Source of the DNA: the human T2T-CHM13v2.0 reference genome, Homo sapiens
Reading direction: 5' to 3' (one strand)
Assembly: GCF_009914755.1 (NCBI RefSeq)
Contig: NC_060929.1
Length of the DNA: 64,000 bases
The position numbers were made by a program, and so were the translations under genes. Below are positions 34,183 through 49,570 of this stretch, piece by piece (position 1 is the first letter of the stretch; each line of letters opens with the position of its first letter). Under the pieces are notes generated by a model, which did not search any database, had not been told where the DNA came from, and saw only the letters and a list, made by a program, of their open reading frames with translations.

Positions 34183-37963
<3,781 letters not shown>

Positions 37964-38026
37964 TATGATGTTAGCTGGTTATTTTGCTCATTAGTTGATG
38001 CAGTTTCTTCTTAGCCTCGAAGGTCT

Positions 38027-39035
38027 TTACAATTTAGCATGTTTTTGCAGTGGCTGGTACTGGTTGTTCCTTTCCATGTTTAGTGCTTCCTTCAGGAGCT
38101 CTTTTAGGGCAGGCCTGGTGGTGACAAAATCTCTCAGCATTTGCTTGTCTGTAAAGTATTTTATTTCTCCTTCACTTATGAAGCTTAGTTTGGCTGGATA
38201 TGAAATTCTGGGTTGAAACTTCTTTTCTTTAAGATTGTTGAATATTGGCTCCCACTCTTTTCTGGCTTATAGAGTTTCTGCTGAGAGATCAGCTGTTAAT
38301 CTGATGGGCTTCCCTTTGTGGGTAACCCGACCTTTCTCTCTGGCTGCCCTTAACATTTTTTCCTTTATTTCAACTTTGGTGAATCTGACAATTATGTGTC
38401 TTGGAGTTGCTGTTCTCGAGGAGTATCTTTGTGGCATTCTCTGTATTTCCTGAATTTGAATATTGGCCTGCCTTGCTAGGTTGGGGAAGTTCTCGTGGAT
38501 AATATCATCCTGCAGAGTATTTTCCAACTTGTTTCCATTGTCCCCATCACTTTCAGTTACACCAATGATACGTAGATTTGGTCTTTTCACATAGTCCCAT
38601 ATTTCTTGGAGTCTTTGTTCGTTTCTTTTTACTCTTTTTCTCTTCTTGCTTCATTTCATTCATTTGATCTTCAATCACTGATACCCTTTCTTCCAGTTGA
38701 TCGAATCAGCTACTGAAGGCTGTGTATTCGTCACGTAGTTCTCGTGCCATGGTTTTCAGCTCCATCAGGTCATTTAAGGACTTCTCTACACTGTTTATTC
38801 TAGTTAGCCATTTGTTTAATCTTTTTTCAAGGTTTTTAGCTTCTTTGCCATGGGTTTGAACTTCCTTCTTTAGCTTGGAGTAGTTTGATCGTCTGAAGCC
38901 TTCTTCTCTCAACTCGTCAAAGTCATTCTCCGTCCAGCTTTGTTCCGTTGCTGGTGAGGACCTGCATTCCTTTGGAGGGGGAGAGGCGCTCTGATTTTTA
39001 GAATTTTCAGCTTTTCTGCTCTGTTTTTTCCCCAC
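38027..39035 (-). pseudogene. L1 ORF1p remnant (start ATG changed to GTG, broken reading frame)
   Basis: ORF-track pieces 38706-39134 (GKKQSRKAENSKNQSASPPPKE) and 38267-38590 (KRPNLRIIGV...NFPNLARQANIQIQEIQR). Confidence 0.9.
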
Positions 39036-39818
39036 CTTTGTGGTTTTATCTACCTTTGGTCTTTGATGATGATGACGTACAGATGGGGTTTTGGTGTGGA
39101 TGTCCTTTCTGTTTGTTAATTTTCCTTCTAACAATCAGGACCCTCAGCTGCAAGTCTGTTGGAGTTTGCTGGAGGTTCACTCCAGACCCTGTTTGCCTGG
39201 GTATTACCAGCAGAGGCTGCAGAACATTGAATATTGCTGAACAGCAAATGTTGCTGCCTGATCCTTCCTCTGGAAGCTTCATCTCAGAGGGGTACCTGGC
39301 TGTATGAGGTGTCAGTCTGCCCCTACTGGGGGATGCCTCCCAGTTAGGCTACTCAGGGGTCAGGGACCCACTTGAGGAGGCAGTCTGTCCATTCTCAGAG
39401 CTCAAACTCTGTGCTGGGAGAACCACTACTCTCTTCAAAGCTGTCAGACAGGGACATTTAAGTCTGCAGAGGTTTCTGCTACCTTTTGTTCGGCTATGAC
39501 CTGCCCCCAGAGGTGGAGTCTATAGAGGCAGGCAGGCCTCCTTGAGCTGCTGTGGGCTCCACGCAGTTAGATCTTCCCGGCCGCTATGTTTACCTACTCA
39601 AGCCTCAGCAATGGTGGGTGCGCCTCCCCCAGCCTCACTGCCACCTTGTAGTTCGATCTCAGACTGCTGTGCCAGCAATGAGTGAGGCTCCATGGGTGTG
39701 GGACCCTCCTAGCCAGGCACGGGATATAATCTCCCGGTGTGCCGTTTGCGAAGACTGTTGGAAAAGTGCAGTATTAGGGTAGGAGTGACCCGATTTTCCA
39801 GGTGCCATCTGTCACAGC

Positions 39819-39908
39819 TTCCCTTGGCTAGGAAAGGGAATTCCCCTTGAGCTAGGAAAGGGAATTCCCTTGGCTAGGAAAGGGAATTCCCTTGGCTAGG
39901 AAAGGGAA
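39819..39908. repeat. Four-copy tandem repeat of a 22-bp unit inside the L1 5'UTR
   Basis: TTCCCTTGGCTAGGAAAGGGAA at 39819-39840, a 24-bp variant at 39841-39864, then 39865-39886 and 39887-39908. Confidence 0.95.
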
Positions 39909-41097
39909 TGACTCCTTGCTCTTCCCAGATGAGGTGATGCCTCACCCTTCTTCGGCTTACACTTGGTGGGCTGCACCCACTGTCCTGCCCCCAATGTCTG
40001 ACAAGCCCCAGTGAGATTAACCGGGTACCTCAGTTGGAAATGCAGAAATCACCCGTCTTCTGCATCACTCACGCTGGGAGCTGTAGACTGGAGCTGTTCC
40101 TATTTGGCCATCTTGGAACCACACTCAATCCTCTACTTCTTAAGGTAAGTGCTCTCTACACTGATACCTATATTGTTATTCTTTATTTCTTACACAGTAT
40201 ATATTTCTGTATATTTTCATAATACAATGGGTGTTAAAAGTAATAAGGAAAAAAAATTGAGTTATAAATTTGTGTGTTAGAACAATTTTTCCTGTGCTGA
40301 GGCAACTAAAGAGGCATTTTATCAGTTTTCTTATATAAAATAAGTATTTATTGGTTTAATATTTTTCCTATAGGGACATAGTGCTTGTAGTACCTTGTTT
40401 CTCTAATAAGTGTTTTCTATCTGCAGACAGAATGTTCTACTGAAATGGGACAGCAGGCCCATTAGATGGCATGTTCTATGCCTAAAATGCCTTTTAGGGA
40501 ACCATCTCAAGACTGCCATTCACATTAAAGAGCACTGTCTTTACTTGGCTGGCATGCGGACAGACAGGAAACCTGGAAGGGCTGCTCTTTATCTGAAAAT
40601 AATTCCATCTCCCTGTTTTATCTCAGCCATGCCAAAGCTTTGCTTAAAGAGCAAGGTTCAGAGTGTGAAGCGTGATCCTTTGTTGACCTTTATTCCAACA
40701 CCCAGGCTGTAACATGTTTGGCCATCTTAGTCCAGCCAAGTCAAAGCGACTCCAAGAGGCCATGGAGAGGGTGCACAGAGGCCTGGGGAGTGCTAAGCAA
40801 ATGTCCTAGTTTGGACAGCTCACACAGGAGGGTTTGGCATTTAGCCTTCCTCCCCATTTCTGAATCCCCTGCCCAGAAGTCTAGACCTGTGCCATCTACT
40901 TGATTCCCGTGTATTTGTCCATCTTTCCACATTTATTTTTAAGCTGCTATTTTACTGAGCTGCCATAAAGCACCCTATAGCCCTACCTCCCAGAAGAGAC
41001 CAGAGGCTGAGGCAGGTTACAGGCAGGGATGAAAGTGATGAAAATGGTGCAATGATGGGAGTGGGAAGCCAGGCAATTACGAGTCCTCTCACAAATA

Positions 41098-41432
41098 CAG
41101 TCGTGCTACACATAATGACATTTCAGTCAACAAAAGATTGCATATACAACAGTGGTCTCTAAGATTATAACACCATATTTTTACCGTACCTTTTCTATGT
41201 CTAAATATGTTTAGATACACAAATATCATTGTGTTCCAGTTGCCTATTCAGTTCAGTTACATGCTGTACAAGTTTGTATCTAGGAGCAACAGGCTATAAC
41301 ACATAGCCTAGGTTTGTAGTAGGCTGTCCCATCTGGGTTACGTCAGTACACTCTATGATGTTCACACAGCGACACAATTGCCCAATGCACATTTCTCAGA
41401 ATGTATTCCCATAATTACACCATGCATGACTA
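41098..41432 (-). mobile_element. Tigger3/MER7-family MITE (opposite orientation to the copy at 11244)
   Basis: TA|CAGTCGTG...CATGACTA|TA termini; taccttttctatg and catttctcagaa motifs. Confidence 0.82.
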
Positions 41433-41529
41433 TACTTCTCTGTCAAAAGTTTACCTGATCCAGCTCACTCCCTTCTTCCAAAGCATTAGGCTGCATTTTT
41501 CTAATTACTATTAGAAAGTTTGTTCAATG

Positions 41530-43153
<1,624 letters not shown>

Positions 43154-44909
43154 TGTTGTAACTTTTTTTTTTTAAAGCAAGGTGCAGAACTATATCTAGA
43201 GTGTACTATCTTTTATTTAAGAAACAGGAAATAATATATATCATCATTTGCTTACATTTGTCTAGAGAGATACTAGAAAGATAACCAGGGTAGATGGGGA
43301 CTTGTCAGTATGTACCTTTTGATATTATTTTCCTCTTTGAATCATGTAAATATGTAACCCATTCGAAACTAATTTTAAAAAGACGACCATTTGCCCAAGG
43401 AAGGAATTAAAGGCTTAGGGAGTCTAGTTGACTAGCTCTTCATTTCTGATGCCCTCTGTGCTTGAAATCGATTCATTTTTAGGTTTTTGGAAGAGAAAAG
43501 GCAGATGGTTGAGCTCCTGGGAAGTTTGCCTTGAAACTGTAGAATTTAACAACAAAATTATAATACTCCCTCTCTCTGTCTCTAATCAGTTCAAAATGGG
43601 TTTTCTAGTGCAATTTGTCTTAGCCAAACCTTTATCCAGCCTCCTGTCCCCACTCCACACTCACACACACTGACATATATACTCACCCGTATAGGGCTAT
43701 GCTGAGTGATCTCAGGGAGCCATCTCCAGAGTGTCCCTGTGGCCTCCTTTCCTCAGGACAACGTTTTTCAATCAGGTACACAGGATGGCAGTGGTGGTGT
43801 GCAGATATCTTCATGTAAATGCCCCCTCTAACCTGCCTCATCTAGTTTCTCAGGCAAGGATCCTCCCTAAGCGAGCTGCTGTGTAATGTTTTGCTCGGAA
43901 ATGAGGTGGAGCTGCAGTGACAACATGACACTGGAAAGGGAAGTCATCACCAGCGTGTACAGGAGTTTTCCTAAAGCTCAGCAACCTAAGATTGATATGA
44001 TTATGTTCACCTCTATCATGCAACACATTTTCACATCCCTTCAAAAGTGAGCACCCAGCCTAGCTGCCAGCCCAGATTTGCCAGAGAATGCTTGAACACC
44101 AGTGAGGCACCAACCTCAAGGGCAACCACAGTTGACATAGTCGGCCTCAGTCAGGGCTCATTGTTCTACCAGATGCCCACAGCATATAATGGAACAAGAG
44201 ATTAGGAATTTATGAGACTAGAAGATGAGAGAGAAAGTATTTTCCTCAGGTGGATGGAATGCTTGTTGAGACCAATTACTCTGAGGAAAGGTCAAGGAAG
44301 GGCAAAGACATTGACCCCAGAGCTAAACATTAGAGCTATGAACAGCAGCCAAGAAAATCCAACTGATTATCCTGCCTGTAAAGCAGAAACATCAAATGAT
44401 AGATTAAATTAGAGCAGCGAATTTAAAATTGTGGATGTGCTGTCTGTCTTTATCAGCTCACATCACTAATGAAATCCGAATCTCCATGGAAGGCAGCCAG
44501 GAAAATACAGAAATAGGAAGAATGTTAAGAGGAGGCTGGACTTAGAAACGAGCATCTTGGGAGGGGTGAGATGTGTGAAATTAATCAGTGAGCCTTGCCG
44601 GAACCAGCCCCAGTCTTCTGCTTCCTCTTTCCTGGAGCTGAGCCTGGGCTCTGGGAGAGCCAGTGCCCATTTGGGAAAGACTGGGGAAGAGAAATCACTG
44701 GAAGGAAGGAAAGGAATTAAAGAATGAGGACAAAAATGACGACGGCTGCTCTGGAGATTGTTCTACACACATGATGGGGCTGCCCCACGTGCTGTGGGAC
44801 AAAGCTGCTCTCTGCAGCACCCAGACTGCAGGTGGGGTGGGGGTCCTCCTGCACCCTGCAGGGGTCCCACATTTGGGTCTTCTCTGTCAGCCTGTGGATT
44901 GCTGTAGAG

Positions 44910-45450
44910 CAAAGGTCCCCCAGTCCCTGGGCCACATAGCAGTACTGATCCGTGGCCTGTTAGGAACTAGGCCACACAGCAGGAGGTGAGTGGCAGGTGA
45001 GTGAGGGCAGCTTCATCTGTATTTATAGCTACCCCCATTGCTCGCATTCCCACCTGAGCACCATCTCCTGTCAGATCAGTGGTGGCGTTAGATCTCATAG
45101 ACAGGCAAACCCTATTGTGAACTGTGCATGCGAAGGATCTAGGTTGCACGTGAAGGATCTAGGTTGCACGCTCCTTATGAAAATCTAATGTCTGATGATC
45201 TCCCACCACCTTCAGAAGGGACTGTTTAGTTTCAGGAAAACAAGCTCAGGGTTCCCGCTGATTCTACATTATGGTGAGTTGTATAATTATTTCTTTATAT
45301 ATATTACAATGTAATAGTAATAAAGTATACAGTAAACGTAATGCACTTGAATTATCATCCCAAAACCATCCCTCTACCTTACACCCTGTCCATGGAAAAA
45401 TTGTCTTCCATGAAACCAGTCCCTGGTGTCAAAAATTTTGAGGACAGCTG
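44910..45450 (+). mobile_element. MER1A (hAT-Charlie) with internal 20-bp tandem duplication
   Basis: ccgtggcctgttaggaac...cacagcaggaggtgag...gaaaaattgtcttccatgaaaccagtccctggtg; GAAGGATCTAGGTTGCACG at 45132-45150 and 45152-45170. Confidence 0.88.
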
Positions 45451-46219
45451 CTACAGAAGATGCACCATTCTGTCCCAGCCTCCCTGTTCAGCCAGGTTGG
45501 GAAAGCCTTGGCTCTCAAGAAAGCACAGCTGTGGCAGCCTAAAGCCTTATGCTTTGGCCTACACTAGATATTATCATTCCTTTCATTTCTGCCAATCTAT
45601 GTAAAAGAAATGATATATCCTTATTTTGTTTGCATTTTCATATCTTTACCTTCAGTCATATTCATTTCTTCTTCCGAGATTTGCCATTTTTCTTTTGGGT
45701 TTTCTCTTTTTTAAAATTAATTTTAAGAAACTATTTGTTAATGTTTAAAGGCATAGAAGTCAGGAAAGTTAATCAATTTTGTTCAGTTCAATATCCTCAC
45801 AACTAAGAACAGTGCCTGACATATAGTATACATATTTAATATGTACTGATGAATATAGAATATTAAACCTTTTTCTTATGTTAAGAATGTTTTCTCTTAG
45901 CCTATCAATTTCTTTACAAGTCTCCAGCTATATAATGATTTTGTTGTAGATGTTGATGTTTTTATGAGGAAATAAATATCTATTTTCTTTATAAAAAAGA
46001 AAGAAAGCACAGCCAAGTCTCAGCATGCCCAGTGCTAGCTCTGGGCAAAATAGAATTGTGCCAGGAGAAGCAGGCAGTAGACCTTCCCACTCTTTCATTC
46101 TCTTGAACCCTTCCCAGGGCTTTTGAAGCCTGCCACTCTGACTCTTTGTCTATCTTGGCAATGTCTTCTATCAGGGAAATTCAGCTCTCAATTATTTTCA
46201 CCTCGACATAAATGAAACA

Positions 46220-46510
46220 GCAGGGCATGGTAAAAGCACATGAAGGGGAGGAGCAAGGGGTCAAAAAATAAAAAATTTAAATATGAAAAGCACATGAGCT
46301 TCAGCATCAAATGGACCCGAGTTCAAATCCTGGCTCTTCCACACACCGTGAAGCATTGAAAAAAGAACGCAGTATCTCTTGAGTCTTGGATCCTCCATCA
46401 GCAAAATAAAGATAATACCCATCCTATTGATATGTGCTTTAATTAGCAGCAATGTGTGTAAAGGTGCCCAGTGGAACAATCACCCACAAGTGCTCCATAA
46501 ATGTTTCCTC
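46220..46510 (+). mobile_element. MIR SINE
   Basis: gagttcaaatcctggctct...cctccatcagcaaaataaagataata...gtaaaggtgcc. Confidence 0.65.
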
Positions 46511-46619
46511 TCTCCTTCCTCAACTTTTTCCAGAGATTTCCTCTTCAAAATGCTTGTAAATATCATCCATTTATCTCTATTCAAGGAATCATAGCCATCA
46601 GTAACAGATGAGTTATCTT

Positions 46620-47110
46620 TGAGACAAGGTAGGATGCAGTTTGGCTTCAGGTCACCCCTGCTAGAACATTCTTTCACACATCCCCACTCATCACAAAACC
46701 CACACCACTGCCTCACTGATGCCATGTTTAACCATGCCTCTTACCTAAAAGAATTCCAGAAACTGGCCTTAGAAAATCCAAATATCAAACAAAGTCATGG
46801 AGTGTTTCACCTAGGGAAGGAATGCTAAACAACTGCCTTACAGCATTGGTGCTCCTGGCCAGACCATCAGGTGGTCCATTACTTAAGATAACCATTGCAA
46901 CCCGACCCCCATGTCAATTCCCACACTTTGCCTAATCAAAGATCCCTACTAGCTTTTTTTTTTGAGAATCTGCCAGAGGATCCTTGCACCTCCACTGTCT
47001 TCCTTGTGCTCAGACACAGGCCCTGAAATAAAAGCCTTGTCTGGGACATCTGCTTGGCCCCATGTTAATTTTCATTACATGAGAAGCCAAAAAGCCTGAG
47101 ACCTATAACA
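46620..47110 (+). mobile_element. ERVL-type solo LTR (MER54/73/74-like; family uncertain)
   Basis: AATAAA at about 47027 followed by U5-like text ending ...taaca; 5' boundary uncertain. Confidence 0.5.
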
Positions 47111-47482
47111 TCATCAGCCCTTCCAAAGGCCATCACACCACATAATGTCAGGGCTGGAAAACTGGCAGACATAGGCTCTGTCCTTGGTGACTTTCAGGCA
47201 AAATCCTACCCATAGTTACATTGTATTCCAAGTAGGTTTTTCAAATTTTTGAGTTTGAATAAGTTTAGACGGGCTTCCTGATCTCTAAATCTCTAGTGCT
47301 CATTTTTCTAAGCTCCTTTACCTGATACTAGAATTAGCTGAGGGATTGACACAGGTGCCTTTGAATATTCCCTGCCTCTCATTTCCTCCTCTCAGTTTCT
47401 GCTGTGATCACTACAGCCTGGGTATCTCTGAGGCTTCTGGGCCTTGACACTTGTGGAAGACTGAGAATTGTCCTTCAATATC

Positions 47483-47856
47483 TGTTATGACCTGAATTAT
47501 GCCCCTTCAAAATTCATATGTTAAAGTCCTAACCTCTGATTCCACAGAATGTGACTATTTTTGAAGACAGTGTTTTAAAAGAGGCAATTTGGTTAAAAAG
47601 AGGTAATGAGAGTAAACCCTAATCCAATATGACTGATGTCCTTCTCAGAAGAGAAAATTTGGACACAGACATGCATAGAAAAAGAATGCCATGTGAACAT
47701 GAAGACAGCCAAGAAAAGAGGCCTCTCAAGAAACCAACCTGCTGACCCCTGGATCTTGGACTTCCCAGCCTCCAGAACTGTGAGAAAATAAATTTCTATC
47801 GTTTAAGCCACTCAACCTGTAGTATTTTGTTATGGCAGCCCCAGCACACTAATACA
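47483..47856 (+). mobile_element. MLT1B-like MaLR solo LTR
   Basis: TG...CA termini, aaattcatatgttaaagtcctaacc, cagcctccagaactgtgag; TSD ATATC / ATATT. Confidence 0.88.
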
Positions 47857-48292
47857 ATATTCATTCTCTCCTTCACTTTAGAAATAGAGTTATTTTAGTT
47901 ATAGCTAAGCATATGAAAGACTAAATTTCCCAGCCTTCCTTGCAGTGGGGTTGGGCCATAAAACAAAGTTGGAGCCAGCAGGATGTGAGATGTGAGCGGA
48001 AGCTGCATGGCAGCTTCCAGGTCTTGCCTTTCAAGTGGAAGCTACTTGCACTCCGTGTGTCCCTTTGCCTCCCTCCTGCTGGCTGGGAGATGACTACAAG
48101 CAGAGAAGCTTCCTTGGACAGGGGACAGGGATGGAAACCACATGTTGAAAATGGTGGAGAGGTCTCCTCCAACCCTAGATTACAGTCCTGTGTTCTCAAG
48201 GAGTTAAATAAGAGAAACATGTTAAATCTACTGTGGTTGGGGCCTCTTTTTTTTTTTATGGCATCGTATTAGTCTACCACTGGGCTAATATG
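47857..48292 (+). mobile_element. Older MLT1 (I/J-like) LTR, host of the MLT1B copy (its 5' stub lies at about 47452-47482)
   Basis: atttcccagccttccttgcag...gcaggatgtgag motif. Confidence 0.6.
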
Positions 48293-49017
48293 GACATTCT
48301 ACCTCCAATGCCCAGATCCTCGAGTTCCAGGTTCCCTAGGAATGCCTGGCTCTGGGAAGAACAGAGAGTCCCAGAGCTGAGCTCTAAGTGGAGACTCTCA
48401 GGGATTGGCTGGATGGAGGCTCGGTGGAAATTTATCTTCTAACAGCTTAGTAGCTGTTTGATATAAAAACACTCATAAATTGAAGGAAAAAAATTTTGGT
48501 TTTGTTCCTAAATAACCACAATTACTTAGTAATGGGATGTGTGCATGTTGGGCCCTGCACGGCTTCTCAAACTTTGGAATCGGATTGGACTAACCACCCC
48601 AATTTCAATACTTTTTATTGCAGCAACCACTGAAAACCCAGTTTTACAAAGATATGATCTCATCAAATAGAATATAGTATCATTTAATATTGAAACTAAA
48701 CCACATTGAGCTAGTCATTCAAACAATACCCAACAGAGGTTTTCGTCAAAAATTTAAAATGTTCCATGGAGGTGCCTGTGAGTTTCTGCGGCACCCTGGG
48801 GGTTTGGTGGGAAGCTCAGTGCACAGTTTGGGAACCATCAGCCTAGTCATAAGTTTTTAGTTACCTGAAGTTTACCACGGCTCAAATCTGTCACTGATTT
48901 CCACATTGGTAAAACCAGTGAAATTGTGGTGCCTACTTCTTATGGTTCTTGTGAAAATTAAGTGAGATGATCCATTTTTAAATGTCTACCACAGGATGCG
49001 GCCGAGAGAAAGCCTTG

Positions 49018-49570
49018 ACATTAGTTTTCTGTTGCCGTAACAATCACCTTAAACCTAGAGGCAGTAAACAACATATATTTGTTTTTTCTAAGTTCCAAAC
49101 ATTGTTTCCAGCAGGAGGCACAGCTTAGCTGGGGCCTCCGCTCTAGGGGCTGACCGGGCGGCAATGCCGGTGTCAGCAGGGCTGCAGTGTCATAAGAGGG
49201 TCAAAACACAGTCTCTCATTGTGGGCAGAATTCGTCTTCTTGCAAGTGTAGCACTGAGGTCCAGTTTCACTGCTGGCTGTAGGCCAGGGACCACCCAGTT
49301 TCCTGTCATGCTGACCCCCTCCACAGCAGTTTGCGTGGCAGACAGCAGCTTGCTCCTTCAGAGACAGCAGCAAGGTTTCTCTCTAGTCTGAGAAGACAGT
49401 GTCAGAGTGAGATACAATCACAGGAGCGGCATTTGCCAGATGAAGTAATCTATCAAGGGAGGGGCATCCATCAATTTTGCCATATTCCATTGAATAAAAG
49501 CCAGTCGCAGGTTCCACCCACACCATTATAGACAAGGTTATCAGACAGGGGCACGACTCACGGTGGTCAT
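49018..49570 (-). mobile_element. MLT1 (E/F-like) MaLR LTR, antisense
   Basis: ttagttttctgttgccgtaacaatcacc...cacagcttagctgggg...gtgggcagaattc. Confidence 0.65.

Noticed and set aside
39819-39908. CRISPR-like array of short palindromic repeats
   Set aside because: The units are contiguous with no unique spacers, there are no cas genes, and the array sits inside a human L1 5'UTR.
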